Counted from the first letter of the stretch, positions 18,018 to 27,343 are shown. The stretch: DNA of 64,000 nucleotides from Candidatus Limnocylindrus sp. (GCA_040397175.1 JBBAWM010000003.1:159255-223254), one strand, 5' to 3'. A program made the numbers and translations. The notes: generated from the sequence alone by a model not told the origin.

Positions 18018-18767
18018 GTGCCACTGCCAGAGCTCTCCCTCTTCTTCCCGTGTCATAACGAGGCCGATAACCTTGATGCACTGGTTGCCGATGCACTTGT
18101 CGCACTACCTGCCCTCGCAACTACCTATGAGGTCATTCTTGTCGACGATGGCTCGCACGACGATACAGCCCGCGTGGCCGGTCGCCTCGTAGAGCGACAT
18201 GGCAGGCTCGTTCGTTTGATACGCCATGAGGTCAATCGCGGATACGGCGGCGCGCTGCGCTCGGGCTTTGCGGCGGCACGGTACGCCAATCTCGCCTATA
18301 CCGATGGGGACCGTCAGTTCCGTGTGGCTGATCTTGCACGACTCGTCGAGTGCGCCGAGGCTACCGACTCACCCGTAGTGATCGGGTATCGACTGCAGCG
18401 CGCCGATCCGCCACTGCGCCTCATCTATGCCACGTTCTACCGTATTGCGAATCGTATCTGGTTCGGACTGCGCGTCCGCGACGTTGACTGCGCCGCGAAG
18501 CTCTTTCGTCGTGATGCGCTGCAGGGAATCAGCGTCCACTCTGACGGAGCATTTTTCTCTGCAGAGCTTCTCATTCGCCTGCGCGTTGCTGGAGTAACGA
18601 TCGACGAGGTTGGTGTGCCGCATTATCCGCGTACCGCCGGATCGCCAACCGGTGCGCGTCTCTCGGTGATCGCGCGAGCGATTCGCGACTTCTGGTCGCT
18701 GCGGATTGGCCTTTGGGTGAACCGTGCTCAAACGCTTTCGCGGGGTCGCGCCCTGTTGGGCGATTAG
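18018..18767 (+). CDS. GT2 glycosyltransferase, polyprenol-phosphate sugar (Dol-P-Man/Ppm1-like) synthase
   Basis: FFPCHNE, VDDGSHD, NRGYGGALRSG, TDGDRQF, DVDCAAKLFRR and HYPRTAG motifs. GTG start 9 nt after GAAGGGGG. Confidence 0.88.
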   Translation: MPLPELSLFFPCHNEADNLDALVADALVALPALATTYEVILVDDGSHDDTARVAGRLVERHGRLVRLIRHEVNRGYGGALRSGFAAARYANLAYTDGDRQFRVADLARLVECAEATDSPVVIGYRLQRADPPLRLIYATFYRIANRIWFGLRVRDVDCAAKLFRRDALQGISVHSDGAFFSAELLIRLRVAGVTIDEVGVPHYPRTAGSPTGARLSVIARAIRDFWSLRIGLWVNRAQTLSRGRALLGD

Positions 18768-18769
18768 CG

Positions 18770-19258
18770 CTATTGCGCCGTCGGTGGCTCCTCGCCGTCA
18801 AGTGAGTTGACAAAGTCGCGGAAGAGCGAGAGGCGCTCCTCTTCGGCGGCTTCCGGAACGATCCCCTCTGCCGAGAGCAGCTCTGCTGCGATGAAGATTG
18901 GCGCCTCGGCGCGCAGCGCCAGTGCAACTGCGTCGCTCGGTCGCGCATCGAGCTCAGCCTCTTCGCCACTTGGGGCAACCATCATCATTCGCGCGCGGAA
19001 CGTCTCTTCGCGAACCTCGGTGATACGCACCTCGCGCAGCGTTGCCCCGAGCGCGCGGATTGCGCGAAGCGCTGTGTCGTGAGTGAGTGGGCGTTCTGGC
19101 GTAATGCCTTGCAGGTGGTAGGAGATGGCGCTCGCCTCGTTGGGCCCAATCGGAATGGGAAGGTAGCGCGCCTCTTCAGCGTCACGAAGTAGCAACACAT
19201 GCGTTCCAGAGATCATCTGGATCCGCACCCCTTCCACCACCGCGCGTCGTAGTTCCAT
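18770..19258 (-). CDS. Bifunctional nuclease family protein (DUF151)
   Basis: RYLPIPIGPNEASAI, RPLTHD, DARPSDAVALALR and RLSLFRDFVNSL motifs. Confidence 0.92.
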   Translation of the reverse strand: MELRRAVVEGVRIQMISGTHVLLLRDAEEARYLPIPIGPNEASAISYHLQGITPERPLTHDTALRAIRALGATLREVRITEVREETFRARMMMVAPSGEEAELDARPSDAVALALRAEAPIFIAAELLSAEGIVPEAAEEERLSLFRDFVNSLDGEEPPTAQ

Positions 19259-19276
19259 CGCCCTATGATCGCACGC

Positions 19277-21763
19277 TTACGGTGTGGGAATCGGCGTCTC
19301 AATGATCGGATCAGGGGTTGGCCCAACGCTCGCGCCAGGCTCCTGTGTCACTGGCACGCCGAGTACGGCGCTGCGAACGCGTCCCGCTTCCGCCCAGATA
19401 AACGTCGGCGCGCCGCCGTCGGCGGCGGGGAGGATGTATCCGCCAAGGATCTCGCCGACGGGATCAGCCCCATCGCCAATGACGTACTGCGCGAGCATCG
19501 CGCCAGACGTCGCCTTGGTGTACGCGATCACTCGATGGGCGCTGCTGTCCCAGACATAGATGACCCCCGTTCGGCTCGCCCCTGCGGACATCACCAGCGT
19601 TGGGGTTAGGAGGGGGCGGAGAAGCTCGTCACCGATATCGGCTGGGGCCCAATCGTCTGGCGCCCCGCCGGAGTAGCGGCGCAGGGTGCCGGCGCTCGTC
19701 ATGTACACATCGCCGTCGATGGCGATGCTGGTCATGGTGCCCAGTGACATCGGGTTGATTAGATACGCCGTTGGAGTCGCGGGGTAGCCCGTTCCGTCAG
19801 GGGCCGGCTGGTATCGCAAAATCTGCCGAGCAGATGGGTCGACCACATAGAGCCGATAGAGCCCGGTCCCTGGATCTGCCGCGAATCCGACGATCGCCCT
19901 CACGTCGCTCCCCCAGAGTTCGCCGTCGCGAACCCGGAGCTTCACCAACGTCCCCTTACCAGCCTTGTCGGAGGGGCGCCAGCGCCAAAGGTTCGACGAG
20001 GCGTCAAACACCACAAGGTCGGGCCCTGCGGCGGTCAGCAGGAGTGCGCGCCCGGTGCGCGTGCCGTAGAGATCAAATCCTGGCTGATACACCACGGTTG
20101 CTCGACCGAGACCAGCATCAATCCGATACACCGCGCCTGTCACCTTGTCGATGACATACGGCAGACCGTCTGGCCCCTGAACCAGCGCCTGGATCTCAAC
20201 ACTTGCGCCCGCCGCTTGGAAGTCGAAGAGTGTGATTGGGGTGGTGACGCTGACAAGGAAGATCTTATTCAGTGTCTCTGTTGCCTCTGCGCGGAGCGAC
20301 GTGATCTGGGCGATCGACCCGCCACCGGCCTCTGCAAGGTTGAGGTTTGCGACGGCGGCTAGTAGGAGGCTCTTCACCCGTGATGGATCGTTGACGAGAA
20401 GGTTGGTTTGGGGGTCGAGCGCCTCGGTAATGCTGATCTCTGCGCTTCGTAACGCCTCGCGTGCCTTCGCCACAGCGTCCAACTCTGGCGCAGTCCCGTT
20501 TAGCACCAGCGCTGTTGCGCCACCAACGCCCGCAATAAGGACCGCAGCCAAGAGGAGTGCCGCCGAGCGGCGTCGGCGCAGACGTTGTACCTCGTGTTCC
20601 GCCTGTTCGTCGCCGCCCTTCGCTGCGCGAAGCGTTGGTTCGGCTGGGGTGATGGTTAACCAGGGTGCACGGCGTTCAATCTCATTGGCGACGCGCGCAA
20701 CAACCCGCTGCAACAACGATGTTGAGGTTGCTGCGCGTTCACGCCACGACCGCTCTACCAGTGGCTCGGCCACACTGCGGTGTTCTGCTCGCAGTCGCGC
20801 CTCCGCGCGCGCAGTCTCTTGTGCGGCTCGCACCGCATCGCTCGTGCGCTGATCGCGCGCGAGTGGCGGCTGGCTCTTCCCTCGCGCGCGCGCCTCCGCT
20901 CCACTTCGCGCGCTTGGGCGACGTGCGTCGATAACCGCTTGTGCCGCTGTGTCGATCGGTTCGTATGGTGGCGTGTGTGCATCCGGTCGGTTCGGGTCGG
21001 CTTTCGGCGCAACTGGTTTTGCAGCAGAGATCCTCGCCTCGCGCTCAAGGTTCCCCTCTTCCCAGCGTGCGCGCGCGTTGACCTTTGCCGCTGCAACCGG
21101 GTCAACAGGAACGTTGAAGAGCGTCTCCGCCTCGGGCATTGCTCGCGAAAGCGTGGTTCGCACTGGCAGGAGCACCTCGAGGAGCACCGCCGGATAGGCG
21201 AGTGGCGCGAACGAACCGCTCGCAGGCGTGTGCGTTTTTACTGCAAGCTTCGCCTCTTCTGGCGTAGCTGCCAACGCAACACGGTCGCCCGGCCCCATCG
21301 CGAGTCGCGTCGTGGAAATGCCACCGCGCTCGAGCGTGCGTGAGGCCGCACCAGGTGCTTCGTCGGGCAACATGATTGTTGTTATGCGGCCATCTGTTGT
21401 TCGACGCGCAGCAACCGCCACGCCGCTCGTGCGCGCAACGAGTACCTCGCTGCGCGAGAGCGCGACGAGCCCAACCGCAACACTCTCACCAAGCCGTTTT
21501 TGTGCCGCGCTGAGCGCGCGGCGCGCCCGCTCGGCGGGACTCGCTGAGGCATCGTTGTCAAAGAGGTCCAACGTTTCGGTTGCGGCTCTCTGGAGCTGTT
21601 CCGCCGTAGCGCCAGTGAGGCGGATGAGTGCGGCGCGTGTGCCGAGCATGCGCTCTTCAGACGGCCCCTTCGGTGTGCGCGCGAGTAGAAGCCAGCCCGC
21701 GCCAAACGCCGGTTCGGCCGCTGTGAGTACCGCGGGGTGAATGGTTTGCTCTGCGTGGTCCAT
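19277..21763 (-). CDS. Single-pass membrane protein: degenerate PP2C-like N-terminus, linker, TM, extracellular beta-propeller-like domain
   Basis: RRRR followed by a hydrophobic helix near aa 400. C-part repeats YVID..GAVY, YVVDPSARQILRY and YVWDSSAHRVIAY. Pro/Thr-rich tail. Confidence 0.7.
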   Translation of the reverse strand: MDHAEQTIHPAVLTAAEPAFGAGWLLLARTPKGPSEERMLGTRAALIRLTGATAEQLQRAATETLDLFDNDASASPAERARRALSAAQKRLGESVAVGLVALSRSEVLVARTSGVAVAARRTTDGRITTIMLPDEAPGAASRTLERGGISTTRLAMGPGDRVALAATPEEAKLAVKTHTPASGSFAPLAYPAVLLEVLLPVRTTLSRAMPEAETLFNVPVDPVAAAKVNARARWEEGNLEREARISAAKPVAPKADPNRPDAHTPPYEPIDTAAQAVIDARRPSARSGAEARARGKSQPPLARDQRTSDAVRAAQETARAEARLRAEHRSVAEPLVERSWRERAATSTSLLQRVVARVANEIERRAPWLTITPAEPTLRAAKGGDEQAEHEVQRLRRRRSAALLLAAVLIAGVGGATALVLNGTAPELDAVAKAREALRSAEISITEALDPQTNLLVNDPSRVKSLLLAAVANLNLAEAGGGSIAQITSLRAEATETLNKIFLVSVTTPITLFDFQAAGASVEIQALVQGPDGLPYVIDKVTGAVYRIDAGLGRATVVYQPGFDLYGTRTGRALLLTAAGPDLVVFDASSNLWRWRPSDKAGKGTLVKLRVRDGELWGSDVRAIVGFAADPGTGLYRLYVVDPSARQILRYQPAPDGTGYPATPTAYLINPMSLGTMTSIAIDGDVYMTSAGTLRRYSGGAPDDWAPADIGDELLRPLLTPTLVMSAGASRTGVIYVWDSSAHRVIAYTKATSGAMLAQYVIGDGADPVGEILGGYILPAADGGAPTFIWAEAGRVRSAVLGVPVTQEPGASVGPTPDPIIETPIPTP

Positions 21764-21778
21764 ATGGTGAGAATACGC

Positions 21779-22120
21779 TCAGTCTTGTTCGCCGCTTGGG
21801 GGCGCAATTCGTACTGTGAGGCCGAGTGAACGTTCGCCGCCTGGCCGCTCACTAAAGGCCCGCGCAAGTTCTGCGCCGCGAAGGTGCAGCTCCTGTGCCG
21901 CTACCGGGTTCTGCGCTTCAACAATGAGCCGGCCGCGCTCGATGGCAACGAGGTGGGTGTCGGGGGCGAGGTGGGGGGCCACTTCACGAAGGAGATCGCT
22001 GAAGGCGCCCATGGTGCGGGCAAATCGCAGCTCCTCTTCGAAGCCGAGGGCGCGTGCCGCTTCAGGGAGCAGCCCTGCCAGCCCCTCTGGCCGCCCCTTC
22101 CGCGTGCGCTTGGTGCTCAC
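21779..22120 (-). CDS. dciA: DciA (DUF721) helicase-loader family protein
   Basis: Directly follows recF with a GTGA overlap; THLVAIERGRLIVEAQNPVAAQEL pattern. Confidence 0.8.
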   Translation of the reverse strand: MSTKRTRKGRPEGLAGLLPEAARALGFEEELRFARTMGAFSDLLREVAPHLAPDTHLVAIERGRLIVEAQNPVAAQELHLRGAELARAFSERPGGERSLGLTVRIAPPSGEQD

Positions 22121-23271
22121 GCGGCCACCGCGCTGCCGTGTGGGCTGCGCCGAATCTCGCGTGGCTGCGCGCGCGCGACGAGCCCAGGAGCCAGGTCATC
22201 GAGTGCGGTCGCCGTAATGATGCTCTGCGGGAGCGCGGCGATGCGCGCCACGAGGTGCTCACGGCGTTGCGGGTCGAGCTCAGAGAATGCGTCGTCGAGA
22301 AGGAGTACCGGTGGGTGGCCATGCTCATCGGTGAGGAGCGTGATCTCGGCGAAGAGCAGTGCGAGGAGGAGGCTGCGCTGTTGTCCGCGCGACGCCGTTG
22401 GGGCGATGTCGCTCCCTCCGACATAGAAGGCGATGTCGTCGCGGTGCGGGCCAACGAGTGTGTATCCCTGATACCCCTCTGCCTCCGCGGTTTGGTCAAA
22501 CGATTGCGCCAGCCGCGTGGCGCACTCGCCCGCGGACTCATCCGGGCGGTACTCCTCACGCGAACGATAGTGGGTCTCGAGGGCGGCCTCGCTCGGCGCG
22601 ACTTCACTGTGGGTTGCTGAAAGCACCGGGGCGAGTGCGGCGAGAAGGGCGAGGCGGCCAGCGACCACCTCTGACCCGGTCGTGATGAGCATCTCGGTCC
22701 ATGGGCGCATCTCGCTCGCGATGGCGCGCCGCGCAGCGCCGTCGACCTCGAGCGCATCTTTCAACAGCCGGTTGCGTTGGCGAAGCGCGCGCTCGTAGCG
22801 TGTCAGCGTAGCCTCGTACCCGCGCTGCCACTGCGATGCAACGCGGTCGAGCAGTCCGCGGCGCACGGCTGGCGCACCAACAACGAGGCCAGTCTCCTCG
22901 GGGACGAACGCAGCGACTCGCAGCCGTTGACCGAGCGCCGCGGTGGTGCGTGGAGTTCCGTTCAGGAGATGCTTCGCACGCCCCGCGCGCGAGATCTCAA
23001 CACCAAGTGTTGACCGCGCAAGTGTGTCGGCCGGGTCGGCACCGTCATCGCGTACCGTCACCGTGATCGATGCCTCGTCGCCATCACCTGCGATTACTTC
23101 GCGCAGCGCACCCGCCCGGTGTGAACGGCCAGTCGCCGCAATGATGCACGCCTCGAGGATGGTGGTCTTCCCTGCGCCGTTCTCGCCCCAGAAGATGTGT
23201 GTTCCTGGCGCCAGCGCGACGCTCCCGTCGGCCCAGCTTCGAACCTGGTGGAGTCGAACACTCTCAATCAT
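22117..23271 (-). CDS. recF: DNA replication/repair protein RecF
   Basis: GENGAGKT, GPHRDD, SRGQQRS and LLLDDAFSELD motifs. Confidence 0.97.
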   Translation of the reverse strand: MIESVRLHQVRSWADGSVALAPGTHIFWGENGAGKTTILEACIIAATGRSHRAGALREVIAGDGDEASITVTVRDDGADPADTLARSTLGVEISRAGRAKHLLNGTPRTTAALGQRLRVAAFVPEETGLVVGAPAVRRGLLDRVASQWQRGYEATLTRYERALRQRNRLLKDALEVDGAARRAIASEMRPWTEMLITTGSEVVAGRLALLAALAPVLSATHSEVAPSEAALETHYRSREEYRPDESAGECATRLAQSFDQTAEAEGYQGYTLVGPHRDDIAFYVGGSDIAPTASRGQQRSLLLALLFAEITLLTDEHGHPPVLLLDDAFSELDPQRREHLVARIAALPQSIITATALDDLAPGLVARAQPREIRRSPHGSAVAA

Positions 23272-23302
23272 TGCGGCGCCGCGCGTTCGCGAGCGGTGCG
23301 GA

Positions 23303-24418
23303 TCAGGAGGGTGTGCGCACCGGCATCACAACGTGCAGGTAGTCGCGACCGTCAAGCGGGCGAAGCAACCCGGGTGCGACGGGGCCGGTGAGCTCGAGTG
23401 AGAATTGATCAGCCTCGACGCGCGAGAGCACATCGACAAGATATTTCGCGTTGAATGCGATCGTTGTTCCCTCGCCTTCAACCTTCGCCTCGATGTGCGC
23501 TGCGTGATCACCAACATCCGCCGCCGCAGTGATGTCAATGGCGCCGCCGCCCGTGGTGGTGATGGCGAAGCGCACGATGTGCGCAGACGCATCAGCAACA
23601 ACCTGCGCTAGCTTCACCGCTGAGAGGAAGCTATCTCGGTCGAGCGTCACCTTGGTGGTGTGGCTCGTTGGTACGACCTGCTGGAAGTTTGGAAACTGCC
23701 CCTCAATCAGTCGGCTCACTAGCATGGTGTCACCGAGCTTGAACTGCAGCTGGTTCTTTGTTGCGGTGTACGTGATCTCCACAAGATCGTCGACATCAGA
23801 GAGAAGGCGCAGCAGCTCCGCATAGGAGCGGGCAGGCACGATCAAACTTGTCTCGGGCGCCGCCTCTGCAAGCGGTGCCCCGGCGACGGCGATGCGGTAA
23901 TTGTCTGCGGCGGCGAAGGTTGCCTTCTCACCCGTGAACTTTGTTAGCACGCCGGTGAGGATCGGCCTCGCCTCATCGCCCGCGGCGGCGAAGACGGTTG
24001 ACTCAAGCGCGGCCTTCAGCGCCTTCTGCGTGATGCGCGCTGTTGGCCGCTCTCCGGCGGCGCCCACTGGCGGGTAGTCGTCGGCTGGTGTCGCGCGAAG
24101 GTGGGAGGCGTTGCGACCACACTTGATCTGCGCGCGGCCGTCGGCGAGGAGCGAAAGGTCGATCTTCTCGTTCGGGAGGCCGTTCACAACGTCGGCAAGG
24201 AGCCGGGCCGGGATGGTGGTGGAGCCCTTCTCCTCAACCTTCGCCGGAACCCAGTGGGTGATGGCAATGTCAAGGTTTGTGGCGACAAGGCGAAGCCCGC
24301 CATCCTCAGTGCCGAGGTAGACGTTCGACAGGATCGGCAGCGTGTTGCGGGTCGCCACGGCGTGGCCAACGATGGCGAGACCGCGGGCAAGGTGATCCTG
24401 GATTACCGAGAGCTTCAT
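23303..24418 (-). CDS. dnaN: DNA polymerase III beta clamp
   Basis: TLPILSN, ATNLD, RPILTGV, SRLIEGQFPN, IAFNAKYL and VVMPVR motifs; GGAGG RBS. Confidence 0.97.
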   Translation of the reverse strand: MKLSVIQDHLARGLAIVGHAVATRNTLPILSNVYLGTEDGGLRLVATNLDIAITHWVPAKVEEKGSTTIPARLLADVVNGLPNEKIDLSLLADGRAQIKCGRNASHLRATPADDYPPVGAAGERPTARITQKALKAALESTVFAAAGDEARPILTGVLTKFTGEKATFAAADNYRIAVAGAPLAEAAPETSLIVPARSYAELLRLLSDVDDLVEITYTATKNQLQFKLGDTMLVSRLIEGQFPNFQQVVPTSHTTKVTLDRDSFLSAVKLAQVVADASAHIVRFAITTTGGGAIDITAAADVGDHAAHIEAKVEGEGTTIAFNAKYLVDVLSRVEADQFSLELTGPVAPGLLRPLDGRDYLHVVMPVRTPS

Positions 24419-24430
24419 CTGTTCCTCCAC

Positions 24431-24730
24431 ATATAGGTTCCCCCTCTAGGGTAATAGTGTCTTAGTTGTTTTATCTCGTCGTCACCGTATTCGTACTGTG
24501 GGCAGCGTGGAGAGCCGTGCTCACCTTCGCACAAACAGGCCGTGGGAAGGACCCCCCTCCTAGGTGGAGAACCCCCACCCGGCCCCCTGCGGCACCCTTA
24601 CAGCTGGGGAGACAGTGCGGAGAACCAGACCAGGTTACCCACACCCCTCTTCACACGCCCCTCGAAAAACCCCCACGAAACCACACAGGAACGGGTGTTA
24701 TCCACGAGATTTCCACACCTCCGGGGGGCG
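24431..24730. other. oriC: Chromosomal replication origin (oriC), dnaA-dnaN intergenic
   Basis: DnaA-box-like 9-mers TTATCCACG (24698-24706) and TTACCCACA (24635-24643), several degenerate boxes on both strands, and an AT-rich stretch at about 24451-24476 next to dnaN. Confidence 0.8.
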
Positions 24731-26158
24731 TTATGGGCGAGCGGCAACCCCTTGCCCGAGACGAAGCAGGGCTTCGCGCAGCAGAGCAACCTCGCGGCGC
24801 AGCTCACCGTCGTAGCTCATCTCCCGTTCAATCTTGGTGCAGGCGTGGATGATGGTCGAGTGGTCACGCCCGCCCAGGGCTGCCCCGATTCGTACAAGCG
24901 AGGCATCGGTCTCCTCGCGAGAAAGGTATGCCGCAATCTGTCGCGGGGTCACAATTTCACGATCGCGCTTGGGGCCGCGAAGCTGCTCGACGGTGAGGCT
25001 GAAGTGCTCGGCAACCGTGGCGACCACCTGCTCCGGCTCAAGGATGCGCTTTGGGTTCGGGTAGACGGCCTCGTTCAACACACGCGCCGCGAGCTCCATC
25101 GTGACCGGCATGCCACTCAGCCGCCCAACGGCGACGAGTCGCGTTAGCGCACCCTCAAGCTCGCGCACGTTGCTCTGCACGCGTCGCGCGACCTGCTCAA
25201 CCACATCGTTCGCAACAATGACGCCACTCTCTTCCGCCTTCGCGCGCAAGATCGCAATACGCGTTTCGAGATCGGGCGACGAGATATCGGCGATGAGGCC
25301 CCACTCAAATCGCGAGCGCAGACGCTCCTCAAGCAGTGAGATCTCCTTCGGCGTGCGATCCGACGTCAACACGATCTGCTTCCCCGCGGAGTGCAGCGCG
25401 TTGAACGTGTGGAAGAACTCCTCCTGCGTGCGCTCCTTATCGGCAAGGAACTGAATGTCATCGATGAGTAACACGTCGATCTTGCGGAAGCGCGAGCGGA
25501 ATGCTTCAGCGCCGCTCTGTTGAATGCTGGTGATGAATTCGTTCGTGAACGCCTCGCCGGTGATGTAGAGCACTTGGCGCTTTGGTGAGCGCTCGGCAAC
25601 GGCGTTGCCGATGGCGTGCAGCAGATGTGTCTTACCGAGGCCGGTGCCGCCGTACAAGAAAAGCGGATTGTATGCGCCACCTGGTCGCTCAGAAACGGAG
25701 AGCGATGCCGCATGCGCAAGTCGATTCGCCGCACCAACAACGTAGGTCGCAAATGTGTAGCGAGCATTCAAGTTCGTTGCGCGCGCTGGTGCATCGCGAT
25801 CAACAATGCGTACGCTCTCTTGTGGTGCGGTGACACGCGGCGCTGCATCGTTTGCAACAGCGCCCTTCCCCTTTCCGGCGAGGGCGCCGTGTGCGTCGAG
25901 CTCTGCGTCACTCACTACTTCAACAGAGAGCGTCACGCTATAGCCAACAACCTTCGCCATCGTTTGCGCGATTAAGGAGCGGTAGCGCTCATCAACCCAG
26001 TCCTTAGCAAAGCCCGACGGAACGCCGAGAACAAAGGTGGCAGTCGACTCATCAACACGAAGGAGTGCGGTGCGACGGAACCAGGTCTCGAAGGTGGCCT
26101 GCGAGAGGCTGATCTCCAGCTCTCCGAGGACTGCGCGCCAGACCTGTCGTCGATCCAT
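24731..26158 (-). CDS. dnaA: Chromosomal replication initiator DnaA
   Basis: YNPLFLYGGTGLGKTHL, LLIDDIQF, QEEFFHTFN, RLRSRFEWGL and GGRDHSTIIHA motifs. Start MDRRQVW. Confidence 0.98.
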   Translation of the reverse strand: MDRRQVWRAVLGELEISLSQATFETWFRRTALLRVDESTATFVLGVPSGFAKDWVDERYRSLIAQTMAKVVGYSVTLSVEVVSDAELDAHGALAGKGKGAVANDAAPRVTAPQESVRIVDRDAPARATNLNARYTFATYVVGAANRLAHAASLSVSERPGGAYNPLFLYGGTGLGKTHLLHAIGNAVAERSPKRQVLYITGEAFTNEFITSIQQSGAEAFRSRFRKIDVLLIDDIQFLADKERTQEEFFHTFNALHSAGKQIVLTSDRTPKEISLLEERLRSRFEWGLIADISSPDLETRIAILRAKAEESGVIVANDVVEQVARRVQSNVRELEGALTRLVAVGRLSGMPVTMELAARVLNEAVYPNPKRILEPEQVVATVAEHFSLTVEQLRGPKRDREIVTPRQIAAYLSREETDASLVRIGAALGGRDHSTIIHACTKIEREMSYDGELRREVALLREALLRLGQGVAARP

Positions 26159-26356
26159 TCCGCAGCGCCCCCCTTTGTTCCGCTGGTGTGCGCCACCAAC
26201 ACTGCGGCAGAAGGGCGAAGCCGCCGAGGAGTCGGCGGTGCCACCCTGGTGCAAGATTGAGTCTGTGCTGACCGGCTTATGCCAGCCCCTCCCACAGCCC
26301 CGGAAAAGAGACCAACCGACGGTGTGATGTCGTTCGGGTCCTTTGTGGGGAGGCGG

Positions 26357-26384
26357 AGAATAGCACCCGCGGCGCTTCCTGCAA
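26357..26384 (-). promoter_or_regulatory. Probable sigma70 promoter of dnaA
   Basis: TTGCAG-N16-TATTCT with an extended TGn element. Confidence 0.55.
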
Positions 26385-26406
26385 GCCCAGGCTCACCCCG
26401 ATTTTT

Positions 26407-26425
26407 GATACCCCCTAGGGGTATC
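26407..26425. promoter_or_regulatory. Palindromic operator-like site GATACCCC-CTA-GGGGTATC
   Basis: 8-bp perfect arms between the divergent dnaA and rpmH promoters. Confidence 0.5.
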
Positions 26426-26454
26426 TGGCTAAATCCCCGTTACAGGGGTCGGAA

Positions 26455-26484
26455 TTGACACCGCCGCCTGCGAGGAACGATACT
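26455..26484 (+). promoter_or_regulatory. Probable sigma70 promoter of the rpmH operon
   Basis: TTGACA-N18-GATACT. Confidence 0.6.
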
Positions 26485-26601
26485 TCCCCTCTCAGAACCG
26501 CCCCCTTCGCGGCCTGAGTAAAAACCAGGAAGAACCCCTCGGGGGCCACCGCCGACGAAGGCAACCGTGGCACTTGAGACCACCGGATCGGAGCGATACC
26601 A

Positions 26602-26736
26602 ATGAAGCGAACGTATCAGCCGAAGAAGCGCCAGCGGTTCCGCGAGCACGGATTCCGTAAGCGCATGTCGACAACGTCCGGCCGCCGGGTTCTTGCCCGA
26701 CGCCGCGCACGTGGTCGCAAGCGCCTCACCGTCTGA
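26602..26736 (+). CDS. rpmH: 50S ribosomal protein L34 (below the ORF-track size cut-off)
   Basis: Translates as [44 protein letters not shown]. Confidence 0.98.
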   Translation: MKRTYQPKKRQRFREHGFRKRMSTTSGRRVLARRRARGRKRLTV

Positions 26737-26771
26737 TCAAGGCGGCGCGTACGCGCCCCAGGAGCATCGAC

Positions 26772-27110
26772 ATGTTGCGCACACCCTCCGACTTCGCCGC
26801 GTTAAGCGCCGCACCCGGCGTTACCACGCCGCTGCTTGGCGTTCGTCATCGCACCGTTGCGGCCACCGAGTCCACACCGTCGCTTCGTCTCGGCATTGCA
26901 ACGAGCCGCAAGGTGGGGAACGCTGTGGTGCGTAATCGCATTCGCCGCCGACTGAAGAGCATTGCGCGCGAGCTTGCACCGCAGGTGCGCCCAGGCGCAG
27001 AGATCCTGATCGGCGTCCGCACTGCAGCGAGTACCGCAACCAGTGAAGAGTTGCGCGCCGCGCTCACCGAGTGCCTACGTCGTGCCCGACTCGTTGAGGT
27101 CTCGGCGTGA
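26772..27110 (+). CDS. rnpA: Ribonuclease P protein component
   Basis: RLGIATSRKVGNAVVRNRIRRRLK (RNR motif). Confidence 0.96.
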   Translation: MLRTPSDFAALSAAPGVTTPLLGVRHRTVAATESTPSLRLGIATSRKVGNAVVRNRIRRRLKSIARELAPQVRPGAEILIGVRTAASTATSEELRAALTECLRRARLVEVSA

Positions 27111-27343
27111 ACGCGCTGCGACGCATCGCTGGTATTCCAGCGTACGCCGGGACACTTTTGATTAAGGCATACCGCGTGGTGTTTTTTTGGCTCCCGTCGA
27201 GCTGCCGCTTCGAGCCGAGCTGCTCGCGTTACACAGAGGAGGCGATCGTGAAGTACGGACTACTCAAGGGTTCATGGATGGGAGCGAAGCGCATTAGTCG
27301 CTGCTCCCCACTGAGCGCTGGCGGATTGGATCCGGTCCGATGA
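27107..27343 (+). CDS. yidD: Membrane protein insertion efficiency factor YidD
   Basis: CRFEPSCSRY..RISRCSP..GGLDPV. Confidence 0.95.
   Translation: MNALRRIAGIPAYAGTLLIKAYRVVFFWLPSSCRFEPSCSRYTEEAIVKYGLLKGSWMGAKRISRCSPLSAGGLDPVR

Noticed and set aside
24466-24852. 128-aa ORF across the dnaA-dnaN spacer
   Set aside because: It overlaps the DnaA-box array and the dnaA 3' end, has no RBS or motif, and is better explained as oriC.
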